The notes under the pieces: model-generated
Told to the model about the DNA's origin: nothing
The model's input: the letters and a program-made list of their open reading frames with translations, nothing else
Databases searched by the model: none
Program-made: the position numbers and the translations under genes
Shown here: one piece after another, positions 13,643-25,700 of the stretch
Layout of the letters: each line of letters begins with the position of its first letter
How positions within the stretch are numbered: the first letter of the stretch is position 1
NCBI RefSeq assembly: GCF_000181795.1
Contig: NW_003526944.1
Span: 5,591,861-5,655,860, forward strand
Source of the DNA: Trichinella spiralis
Lineage: Eukaryota
Reading direction: 5' to 3'
DNA length: 64,000 nucleotides

Positions 13643-16371
13643 TTAGGAAAGTTCAACTTTTTCTTTCAAATTGCTCTTCCCATCTGTTTGCTGAAAAAAA
13701 TATTAATAAAATACAAAAAAAAAATCAATTTCATTCCAACAAATCCGCTCACCACATTATCACTGTGACCAACAATCGATACATCGTCTACATCATTTTC
13801 ATTCCAAAATTTTTCTGTCAAATATGTTAACCATTCTTCAAATCTAAAATCAGAAACAACAACAATAATAATAATAATAACAGCAGTGGTATAATAATTA
13901 TGCAGTATACATACATTTTTTCACTTTCATCAGTTTCAAGAATATCTTTAATAATATAAGCCTGTTTAAATTCTTCACATTTTTCCTAAACCATTTTTGT
14001 TATTGAAATTGAAGAGCATGATCATTTTAATGTTAAAAAGCAATTTTTACCTGATATATATCCCAACATAGCCGCTGATGAGTCGCCTGGAAACGCTTGT
14101 TGTAATGTTCATAATGAGGCTAAAACCCAAATAATCATAAATTTCATAATAAAAAAACTTTTTGAACTTTTCTTCTCAAACTTTGTTTTATAATTAAAAA
14201 TGAGTAAATAAGAGAACATCAGTTAAGCAAAATATCACAACCATGCTAAAGAGATAAACAATTGGCAATTTTTTAACTTGCATAGATATGCAGTTTTTCT
14301 TTTCATTAACTTTACCTCGCGTAGTAAAACTGATATGACACTGAATTATTTATTTCAAAACGATCAGTTGAAATTATAAAAATAAACAAATGTTTAAAGA
14401 GTCATTCAATTAAGCAACAATTTGTGAAATTTTCATCAACAACAATGATGATAATAATAATTTGAATTACAAGTGAGAATAGAATACTTTTAAAAAATAC
14501 ATTCATTTCTGCTTTGAGCTTTCAAATCATTCAAAATTATTCTGTGATGTCGTATATTTTTTCAAAGATTTAGTTCAACTCTCATTCAAATTGATCTCAA
14601 ATCGAAGAAGAATCATATAACGCTTATAATACACAGATTGAACAAAGTAAATAAAATGTTGACAATTAAATTACTCGCTTATATTATTATAATTGGTATG
14701 TTTCATTTCAGCAGAGTTAATTATTAGTTGTACGTTTCAATAGCAGTATTTACACATAGCTTGAATGCAAAAATAAGAGAATAAGCAATTACGTTCGTTC
14801 GTTCATTCAATTCAATTTTGGAAAAATATACAAACACCTCGAGCAACAATTGATATAATAAACCATTCTCACCTCTTCGAGCACGAGTCCAAGAGAAGGG
14901 GCTTTGGGAACTTTGATCTGAATAATTTCAGATTTTGAACAAACAATCAAATTTAACAAAAATAAATTAAATAAATGATCCAAAAACCAAATAACAAACC
15001 CTTTCATTTTGCCAAACTTTTTGCTGCAAACACGGATCCAAATCACCACGAATCAGACTAATACAAAACCCTATCAAAAACAATATCAATAATAATTATT
15101 AAAGAAACCTCTCTCATAAAATTTACCAATCATTTTTCGAATCTGATGTATTAAAAAACTTTGGCCTTTTATATCAACTGTCAAATATTCAATGTTATTG
15201 TACAAGAAACGCTTTCCGCACTAAAAAAATGTTGTAAAAATTAATATAAATCTCATGATCAATGATCTCATAATACTTCACAGCGTATTATGAATCTTTT
15301 GCAACTTTCGTCTTTGTGAAGCCTACAAATTCACCTCACAGGATATAAAAACAAAAGATACAAACAAACATAAACATACTTCCCAGATGTAAAGTTATAA
15401 AAATTATGCGTTCCAACATACTGCATAAGAATTCGATTTATTTCTTCAATGTCTTTGTCTACGGAAAAGTAAAAGTATACATACATACATACATACAGAA
15501 AATTCACATATAGAAGCTAAATAAATGTACTGTCTAATCGAAATTTGTCTCTTTCCAAATCAGATTGATGCCGAAAACAATAAGACGGTAATGTATAAGA
15601 ATATGAACGATAGTCACACCACTTTTTTGAATCAAAACTTTTCGTTGCACGTTGTAAACCTTAAAAATGCACAAATAATAAATAACACAACAAATTCAAA
15701 TTTCAAAATAACAAATAATAAAATATGCTCATAATTTGAATACCAAATATTCTTATATCATCAGGCAATAAACCGTTCAGTAAATTAACAGTGTCGTTTT
15801 CTTTGCCTTCTATTGTTGGTAATAACAGTGAACAAATTTGCTTGGTCGCAGAGACGCCTTTATCTGTACGAGCTGCTCTTTGAAATTTAAATAAGGAAGG
15901 TTGGACCACCTGATCTACCGTGATCAAATTCAACTTTTGCAATGCTTCCATGATATATTTTTCAACTGTAGGTACATTGGGATTTCTGTAAAAGCAAAAA
16001 CTTGAAATATACAAAAAACATGAAGCATTGATTAAAAAGAAAATTCTCATACACTTGCATTCCGTGATAATTCTTTCCTCGGTATGCCAAAAACATTGCA
16101 TATTTGTAACGTTTTATTCGCACAGTTTCAGTCGGCTCTGCTTTTATAATTTTCCTCGTTTCTTCGTCATTCTGCTAACAATAATTTTTCAGACTTTGCA
16201 GAAAATTCTTACTTCAAATACCTCCAACTTTTGCCGCTTTTGATTGTTTAATTCAAAATCAGTGCCGCTGTTTATTGCATCGCTGCAGCTGAATTTCAAT
16301 TCAGAAGACATTTGACAAAAATATTTTTCACACAGTCTAGGCGTAAAAGAATAACAGTACTTCAAACGCAT
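13643..16371 (-). CDS. PUS1: tRNA pseudouridine synthase 1 (TruA family); multi-exon
   Basis: Spliced translation gives KYAMFLAYRGKNYHGMQ, FQRAARTDKGVSA (catalytic RTD), YVGTHNFYNFT, IKGQSFLIHQIRKMIG, VPKAPSLGLVLEE|PHYEHYNKRF. In-frame ATGs at 16371 and 16311; predicted stop TAA at 13643-13645. Confidence 0.92.
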
Positions 16372-16669
16372 GTATTCAAAGAAGTGCTTCAATCTACAAA
16401 CAAAAACACAATTCACAATTATCTCTTGCAATAATCTATAATTAACCTTAATTAACAGCTCACTTTCAATTTCGCTTCACAGTTTTCTAAACCATACATA
16501 TTCATAATTCTAAAACTTCAACATTACTTCAATAAACTATAAATTAATGAAGCCAAAATATATGTGCACTCAAAACGAAGAGCTAAAACAACAACAACAA
16601 CAACAACATTGTATTTTTATAGAGATACACATTTTACTATAACATCATATGGTAAGCATTCACTTCGTT

Positions 16670-17297
16670 TCACTTTCTTTGGTTAGTAGAATAAACTTTA
16701 TTTTGGTTTTCTATTTTTTTCAAAAGCCACTCTATTTGATATCCAAGTTTTGGTTGCCCTTTTCGGGTCTTCTTATAAATATATTTCATTTTTTCTTTCC
16801 TCAAAAGTTTTGAACGTTCACGGGCAGCTTCTACATTTTTTCGTTTTTGTTCCTTTTCCTAAAGTATAAATCAACCGAAAATACAAATATCATTAAAAGA
16901 AAAAGTTGAAAAGCCACATGCAAAAAGATACACTTAACATATACTGAAAATAAACTCTCACTAAATTATTAATGTAAAATAATTATCAATTATTTTACTC
17001 AAATTCAGAAAAACTTTAAAGTGAAGCCATTTAACAATTATAAAAGTACATAGGGTGATACGTTATCAATTTAAGATAAAATGTAGAATAATTTCAACTG
17101 AAAAATATAATAACATGTAAAAACCTGTTTGCGTTTCTCTTTTTCTTCCTGAATATGCTTGTAGTTCAACCAAGCCTTTTCATAAGTATGAAGTTTTCTT
17201 TTCTTCCTGTAGAATGTAAAAAGTATTAATTAACATCAATAAAAGCTGTGCCAACTGGCTACTTTTTAAATAAAGAATTTTCTTCTAAATTGTCCAT
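16670..17297 (-). CDS. CCDC59: CCDC59/TAP26 (Fyv7-like rRNA-processing) protein, 3 exons, ~101 aa; not in the ORF track
   Basis: Exons 17297-17263, 17206-17125 and 16858-16670 join in frame via GT-AG introns: MDNLEENSLFKKKKRKLHTYEKAWLNYKHIQEEKEKRKQEKEQKRKNVEAARERSKLLRKEKMKYIYKKTRKGQPKLGYQIEWLLKKIENQ.. The KKTRKGQP.L..Q.E.LL.KI motif is the conserved Fyv7/TAP26 C-terminus. Confidence 0.85.
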
Positions 17298-17584
17298 TCA
17301 ATTCATTTATATTTTTTATAATTCGTAAAATCCCTTTATTTGTTAAAGAACTGACTAACAACGAAATAATGCTTACAGTTAGCACAGCTATGATAAAGTA
17401 GTAAAATGATATTCAAGAATAAATGTAAATTTTCAACGTAATTTACAATGTTGAAAAAATGAAAATAAAAAAATAAAAGATCAGTAATATTTACGCACTA
17501 ATATATATATATATATATAAATTTTATGAATGAAGCACCACTGTGAGATTGATAATTTTGCTTGCACTTTTTGGTTTCATAATT

Positions 17585-17745
17585 TTCATTGGTTTGGTCT
17601 CCAAAAATTGCAGTTCATGCCGTTTTTAGGATTTCTTATTGGTAGTTCGGGCCGATGTGTGATTGGTTATTCTTGTCGGGACTGCTAAGCGAACAAAATC
17701 GGTCGAGGCTTGTGTCTAAAGGAAAGGGCATGAGCGTCCAATGTG
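17585..17745. promoter_or_regulatory. Candidate bidirectional promoter with four CCAAT boxes between CCDC59 (-) and LSm8 (+)
   Basis: A GC-richer island in AT-rich DNA with ATTGG at 17588, 17638 and 17662 (minus strand AACCAATCAC) and CCAAT at 17738. It lies between divergently transcribed genes. Confidence 0.5.
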
Positions 17746-18391
17746 ATTACGCTGTCAACGATCAAAGAGAAAAAGATGTGAAAATTGTGCCCTTTTTGAA
17801 CCATGCTATTTTGATTTACTTTAAATTTGAAATTTTTATTTAAGTAGAAATTTGAAATCGGAAAATCCAATATGTGAATTACTAAAAAATATTAAAAATG
17901 AAAAAACATATTGTCATATTAGTTATATCAACAGAACTTTATAAGATTTTATTAAAGTTGTAAAAATTATTCAAAATAATGCTAATGCTAATTTATTTTC
18001 TTGTTAAAAAATGTATTTGGACTTGCTGTTGTTTATAACATACTGTAGTCCATTAAGGTAAAATTTAAGTAATTGCAGTACATGTCGAATAAAGTTGTAA
18101 TTAGTAAATAATTTAAAATAATTTTGCCTATGTGTTATTTAAACAGTTGCCTATGATGAATTTATAATTTTACATTGCATACCTGATTGTTTTTTGTTGC
18201 TTGGGGAAAGAGAGTTATTTAATAATTTTTAGTAGATATTTTTTTTATTTAAAAATGTTATACATACTAATCACAATTTCAGTATTATATGATGTTAAAT
18301 TTTCAAGTTACATTTCTCTTGACAATCATGCGCTGTTGTGTCGAATTATTTAAATAATGTATTATGTTTAGCGGTTGTTTTGTCAGCGATA

Positions 18392-18966
18392 ATGGCAGCA
18401 GCTCTTGAACCGTTTCTAGAGAAGTTGGTATCAATAATTACAGGAGACGGCAGACATATCGTGGTAAGCAAATTCGCTGTGAACAATATAAAATATTCGG
18501 AAATTGTTACTTTAAGTTGGTAGCGCAGTGTTGTTGTACTTTCTTTTGCTAATCTATGTTTTTGCCGTTCGTTTTCATGAAACAAATGTTTATGCATATT
18601 ACTGTTTTGAAATTTAAAAAGTTAACTTGAACTTATTAAATTGAAGCATTTTTATTTCATTTTAAGGGAATCATGAAAGGATTTGATCAGACTATAAATT
18701 TGGTTTTGGAAGATTCACACGAGCGCGTGTACAGCATGAACCATGGCGTGGAACAAGTACCGTTGGGTTTGTATGTTATCAGAGGCGAAAACATGTACGT
18801 TTATATTAATTGTTCTTTGTTTACATTTGATTCCGCTTTGTATATTTTAATTTCAAAAATTTACATTTTCAGAGCAGTTGTTGGGGAAATTGATGAAGAT
18901 TTGGATAAGCGTCTCGATTTGGAAAATATCAGGGCACATTCGCTAGCACCGATATGGACGGCGTAG
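18392..18966 (+). CDS. LSM8: U6 snRNA-associated Sm-like protein LSm8, 3 exons
   Basis: Exons 18392-18463, 18667-18794 and 18873-18966 give MAAALEPFLEKLVSIITGDGRHIVGIMKGFDQTINLVLEDSHERVYSMNHGVEQVPLGLYVIRGENIAVVGEIDEDLDKRLDLENIRAHSLAPIWTA, a typical LSm8 sequence. Confidence 0.96.
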
Positions 18967-19729
18967 ATCAGAAATTTTTATCGCTCAATTTAATATTTTC
19001 TCACTTGAACAGTGTTCACATATTTTATTAAATATTCAAGAGTAGAAACAAACAAACAAACGGACTGACTCTAAGAATGAATGAATAAAGATGACAGTGA
19101 TGAGAGAGAGAGAGAGAGGGCAGGTTTTTTTTTTCTTTTCAAACGGCAGGATTAAAGCGCATCATCAATTGGCAGTGTGAGACAGTGGAAAAATTAAAAT
19201 CACAATTGAAGAAAAATGCAAATATAAGCAGCAGTGCACTGGAAGATGTCTTGGGAAGACAAAATAAAAGAAAAGAGAGATAATAAATGCAGACAAATTA
19301 TAAGCGATATAGTTATATATATATATATATATACGTCATATCTCCTGCTAATAACAATTTCTTAATATTCAGCGTATGATTTGATAAAGGAAAACAGTTA
19401 TCCGAGATGTCACACTTTCAACAGAAATGAGTAGAAGAATGAATAATTATGCATAAAATAAAATATGGGTAATACTTTCTTTCTTTTGGACAACACCTAT
19501 ACACCAGTTCAGCTTAGCGGAGAAAAAGCCAAAAAAAGCGTGTTTGTTCATGGTTTTGGCAATTCTAGACGGACAGTGATTTTTACCAACGACCGTAGTT
19601 CAAACCAGTATATTATAAAAATGCTTATTTGATTCGTTTTTTCCTTTTTGATGCTTGTTCTCCGCCGCTTCACGGTAAACGGTCTGATATGTCATTCTTT
19701 TGATTTTCCTGGAAAAAAGCTATCGCACG

Positions 19730-22700
19730 CTAATGAGTGTCAGAATTGTTGTTAATTTTATTCACTGACGATGACTCAACCAAGGTCTCGATTAACAAAC
19801 CGATGCGCTTGTGCGGTGCACATTTTCCGCAATATCCACCGCAGGATCCAATTACTAACACCGAATTCTTAAAAAATAATTAATTGATTTTATTTTATTT
19901 ATTTCGTATCAATTATTAATTATCGATATCTATCTATGTCTATATATACATATATATTTTTTTAATTTATTTATATACCAAAACAATAGAAAACAGAAGA
20001 ATAATTGTAAATGAACCTGCATCACAACTGGCTTACCGTATCTCGTTTGACTTCACTGAACGCGCGATGACCTTCGTGCATCCAGGCAGTCTTTTGTGAC
20101 ACCCGAAAGCCTGTACCTCGCAAATCAATGGAAAATCTGCCCTGAAGAAAAAACAAAATAACAATGTTTTTCTTTCTTCATTGTCATTAAAAATAACTCG
20201 TGTATACCTGAGGACAGTTGACAGCGCTGTAACAATCTCCAGCAGTAGCGTAAGGGACAAAACCTCCTCTTTCAGTGGTGGAGAAAAGTTTGTCATCCAC
20301 TGCAAACAAAAGCCAATCAATCATCATCAATTAGAAGAAAATTTCAAATAAAATATCATTAAAAAAGAAAATCTGCCCATAACTTACGCTTTACTCTCAT
20401 GTTGTGCAAATCGACTTGAATCTTGTGAAACCTGGTCATACCAGGATTGGGAGTTAGTTCATCGGCGCACTGGCAGCTATCATTACGCATGCCATTGTAT
20501 GGACAAGTAAATGGATAAAGTAGCCTGTTTCAAAAAATGAAAATAAAAAAATAGATAGATAGATAGATAGATAGATAACCACAACTTTTCATAAAATCAT
20601 TTCTCATTTTTTAATAGATAAATACCGTTTATCGTAAAATTCTGCAAAGTTAGTTTCAGGGTTGACAGTCAGATATTCTTTGGGATGCAAACTCGCCATT
20701 CCATAACAATATACTTTCACTTTATTGCCATACACCCAGACATGATAATGACCATCAGTAGTAGCGTTGCGTGTTTCACGAACTTCGTCACAATCCCTTG
20801 GCTCGCCTTCAACAAACACAATAACAACAACAATAAATAAACAAACAAAATTTATTTTCCATTTCTGATGTCGATAATAATTGTTTGCTTACAATTTTTG
20901 ACAAAGCATCGACGTCTTTTTTTGGGTCTCAGTTCAAGGCTACAATACTCCTTAGCCATTTTCAATCCGTTTCTGTCCACGCACTTCAAACGTCGCTCCT
21001 GAATACCCCAACCACAGTGCACTGAACACTGCAATGTAAAAACACGTTTATATATATATATATATTTTTTTTTAATTTAAAAAAAGGAAATTGCAAAATA
21101 AAAAACTCCAATGCAAAATTTGCAATTACCGCCGTCCAAGGTTCAGGATGCCAAAAATATTTACTATCGCAAGGACCGTGAAAACACTGGCGCTTAGTAA
21201 TTGGCTCAGGAAGAGCTTTGCAAAGATGGGCCGGCACCTCCGCACCGCCCGCATCAGAACCTTTCTTAACGCAAAATAACAAACGAAATTCTTCTCCTTG
21301 ACCACAGGTTTTCGAACACTGTCATTAAAAAAAGAACAATAAATAAATTAATATTACAATGTTGGTATTCAGAAAAACAAATTAATTTTCATAATTTCAC
21401 TGAAAAGAAACTCACAGTAGACCACGGACCCGGAACCCACGTATATGGACAGAGATCGTTGAGGCAGAGTTGCACCGCTGACGGTTTGTTCGATTCATCG
21501 CACAAAGCCGGTGGCGCCCTCTGATTATAATTATTCACGCAGTACACTTCACGCACACGTTTTTCCTCGCCACAAAATTTTGTACACTGCAAAAAAAAAG
21601 ATTTTTTCCTGTTTAAACAAATGTGTTTTTGTAAAAAAAAGGTATTGAAACAATAATAAATAGAAAATTTGAAACAACGACCAACTTTTGACCAATCGCT
21701 GACAAGCCATCTATATTTGGGACATTCTTTGAGAAAGCATTTGGCTACAGTATCCGGTTTTAGAGACGCCTGACAATCTGTATCTGGAAGCAAATGGTGT
21801 CGACCGACGACACAGTTCAGCTTTCTGGTACGTACGCCTTCGCCACATGTAACGGAGCACTGAAATGAAAATTTGGAAATTGTGAAATTATTCAAAAATC
21901 AGAAATGCAGATTATTTCACAATAGCAAATAACAAATAATTAATCAAAAACCCATTCACATTTTTATGATGTTTTACATCTTCTGAGCTATAGTGAAATA
22001 ATTCTATTAAATAAATACACAGCTTAGTAAAATTCTGCTTAACTAGAGAAAGAAAAATTTAACAATGATAAATCTGTGCAAAACGAAGCAGTTTCATTTA
22101 TAAATTGTCAAATTCATTTTGCTCATTTCACAATGCGACCAATGCATTACTTATTAATCATTCCCAGAAAAAAGTTTTTAATTTTACAATCAAAAAACAT
22201 GCATTTGGAAAATTTAAACCAAACTATGCTCACAAGTTGCAGCAAAAAAGGTACGAAAATGTTCATGCTCGTGAAGTATTATTTATTGCATGTTTCAAGT
22301 TTCTTTTTACATGCCGCATTACATATTGTTCTAAACTAGTAATTCCCAAAGTGTGGGTCGCGTAAAATATTAAAATACGGGAGTAGTTTTTAGTTTTACT
22401 CATCAAAAATTGTCGGGTGAACAACTAAGTTGTGATTCAGTTACTGATAACCTGATAATCATCACTATTTCTGTCCGCCTTCTCACAGCACGCAGATGTT
22501 GTCCGTTCCGCCATATCCACAAAAGCAGATGGAGAATTAATCAATTTGTCTGAAGATTCTTCGTTTAAAGTCAATTTTGATCGTAAAACATTAACACAGT
22601 TTTAGCTATCAGTCATCCAACATATGTCCAACTCTTTCCACCGCAGCATTAAAAGTGCTACTTCCTTTTATTACTACTTCCTATTTGTGCGAAATTGGAT

Positions 22701-25700
22701 TTTCAGCAATGAATAGAATTAAAAGCAAAAATTTAGAAATAAGCTACAATTATCCAACATCTTGCGACTAAAACTAACACGTCTTAGTGTGGACGTCGAA
22801 GAAGTCATCGGTCAAAACAGAAAACAAGCCCACTGTTCGCATACACCTCATTATGCATTTGACAAATAAACTTATACATTATAATTAGGCTTCTTCATTA
22901 AAAAATGTAAAGTATTAAAACTAATCTTTTTTTTTATTTAACCCCTCTTACCTTTTAGAATATGCACTGTAAGCAGGTGAGTCGCGCGAAAAATTACCGT
23001 TTTCAAAAGTGGGTCGCAGCCCAGAAAAGTCTGAGAACCACCGTTCTGAACAATTTCACAAAAACATGCTCCCGTAAGTTAATAAATTATTCGAGAAAGT
23101 AAACCAGTAAGAAATAATTAAAATAATAAAGCTTCTTCTGAAAGTCAGACAGCAACTTACCGGTGACCATTTGCTGGTTCTCCATCGTGGACAAGCACGC
23201 ATGCGACATCTGTGAACCGGAAGTGGTTTGTCAAGCGGATCACAGTGATTGTCATCAAGCAGCTGTAACGTATCTGCATCGACACAATGTACCTGGCGTC
23301 GTCTGTAGCCACGCCCGCAAGTTGACGAACACTAATAAATAAATGGAAATAAATTCCAGTCAAACAACACATAGAGTGCATTTTTGACGTCAACATGAAA
23401 TTCAGTGAAATTTCATCAATCACTGTCAATGAACACACAAACGAGCATCCTTTCGCAAAAAAGTAAATATGCAATTTAACAAAAAAGAACAACATAAAAC
23501 CAAAACACCGCCAATAACAACTGACTGTAGTTACAAAAGCAGAAAGTCAAGTACAAATTAAAAAAAACTTATCGAGCGTGGATACGAGGAAAAATTTTTA
23601 TTTTTAAATTAATAACAATTTCGCTACAATTCTTGTATACCACTACTGTGTGTAGTATTATTGATTCTTTTTTATGACTGCTTTGAACAGAAATAAACTT
23701 TTCTTTTGCTATTTATCACGTACATTTGTGTCTGAATCTGGCTGTGGATGTGTATGTGCGTGTGCGTGTATGCGTGTCTGTATGAATCTATATATCTGTA
23801 TATTAGTCAATTGATCATGTTGAGCACTAGTGGTCAGTATTCTTAATTTATTAATATCTGATATGTAGAAATTTCGAAAAAAAGTTCCGACTCAATTATT
23901 TTAATCGACTGTAAGCAACGCTAACACAAAAGTGAACGTGCACCGAAGAGCCAAAAGCCACAGCATGAGCAAAAACTGACTGGTTTGATGTTTGAAAAGT
24001 TAACAAAGAAAGAAAATAAACAAGAAGATAAATGTAAAAATTGTGTAACTGGTAAAAGTCTCAAGTGGGCAGACAAGCAGTCTCAAGTGAATTTGCAATT
24101 GACGTCACTACAATAAATGAAATATGATAATTCAGCAGAAAAGATTTGGATAAAAGAAAATTATTTACGTGTAACTTTTATAAATTACAAATTTAGGCGC
24201 CTTCCAAGTTTGAAAAAGAAGGATCATGAGTCACAATATAAAAACCGACGATCATCAGTTGAGGATGTTTTTAAAATAAAATACAGCAGTAAAGTGAAAT
24301 GAAATGAAGTTAATTAATAAATAAAACAAATGCATTAAATAATTGAATAAAGCTTAAAAAACCGTACTGAAAAAACGCATACGCAGTGTACGATGGCTAG
24401 TGTAGTTTTAGGAGTGATTCACGCGCTGTGTATAAAATAACAGTGTTTGTAATGAAATTAAATTAATAGTAAAAATTAATAGTATTAAAAAGAAAAAAAT
24501 GAAACAGAATTAACATTAAAATAATGGGTGGCGGACAGAATCAACCACCTACCGCTGACCATTGCAACGGACGCCACTTGCCACGGCTAGTGGTGCAGGG
24601 TTGTGTATTGCACAGTCGAATGGAATTTGGCCGATTCGAGCTTGAACAACTAGCAGAATTTTCCACTGGTTCAGATAATACGATTGCTTGGACACACTGA
24701 ACCAATCGTTGCTGTTGACCACCACCACAGGATCGAGAACACTGAACAAGATGAAATTTTGACTGATTGTAAACAAGAAGCAATTAAAATATCTCAATAA
24801 GCAATTAAAATGCTCTATTTTTATCGAATAAATAAATAAATAAATAAACGAACAACAAAATTGGTAAACATTATTCTATTATGCATTCACATTTTAACGT
24901 AAAAGCTTGAAAATCATGAAAAGGGCAAACAACAATCTTTTTGACAAAAGTTTCAAAATATCATCACTGCAACTGCAAATTAGAATTGAAATTTTCATTT
25001 TATCCCATTTTGTCATTTAATTATCTGATTAGATTATTAAATAATTTTTTGAATAGCAAAAGCAATTTTGTAACAAAATATTTGCAACTGAATGATGAAT
25101 TTTCATTATAGATGATAATTATTTGAGTGACTTTTTCAAATATCAACTTGGTGCAAACTGAAACTTCAAAATTAGTCGCAAAATTCCAATTCCAACTAAC
25201 GGAAAATATAATAAGGAAATGCCTTTCATTTCATTCAATAAATATACATATCTTGAGCTTATTTCTTGTAATTATGAAAATTATCATTATTGCTGAAATA
25301 TTATTAATAAATAAAATGAAATAAATCAGCATCTTACTTCACTCCAATCACCGACCCTCCATTCGTATTTTTCATTATCGATCTCAGACGGTGAACTTTG
25401 ACCGCAAGGTGGTAAGTTGCAACTTCTTTCGTTGGACGGTTTCTTCCTGACATCACAGTCAGCTTCTTCAAGATGATCGTCTGTTTGCGGTGAAACACAT
25501 ACAACTTGTCGATAAGTTTTCACATTCACTCCACACAATTCAGAACACTGAAAAAACAAAAATTAATAAACAAATAAAAAAAATTTAGATCAGATTTAGT
25601 ACCGATTGCCAAGGGCCCGTTTTCCAATTTCCACAATGAGCTGTCGACTCGCATGCTTCTTCTCTAGCCGGAGGTTGCAAATGATTGCAATACTGGTCTG

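Noticed and set aside
14360..14440. Possible C/D snoRNA (TTGATGA..CTGA, minus strand) in the long PUS1 intron
   Set aside because: Imperfect C box, very AT-rich interior, and no rRNA-complementary guide I could recognise.
17595..17780. Minus-strand GCAATTTTTGGAG (Sm-site-like) with upstream partial stems, suggesting U4/U4atac or SL RNA
   Set aside because: No recognisable U6/U6atac-pairing segments, SL exon-donor or 3' stem at the right spacing. The clustered CCAAT boxes between divergent genes explain the island better. An Rfam scan would settle it.
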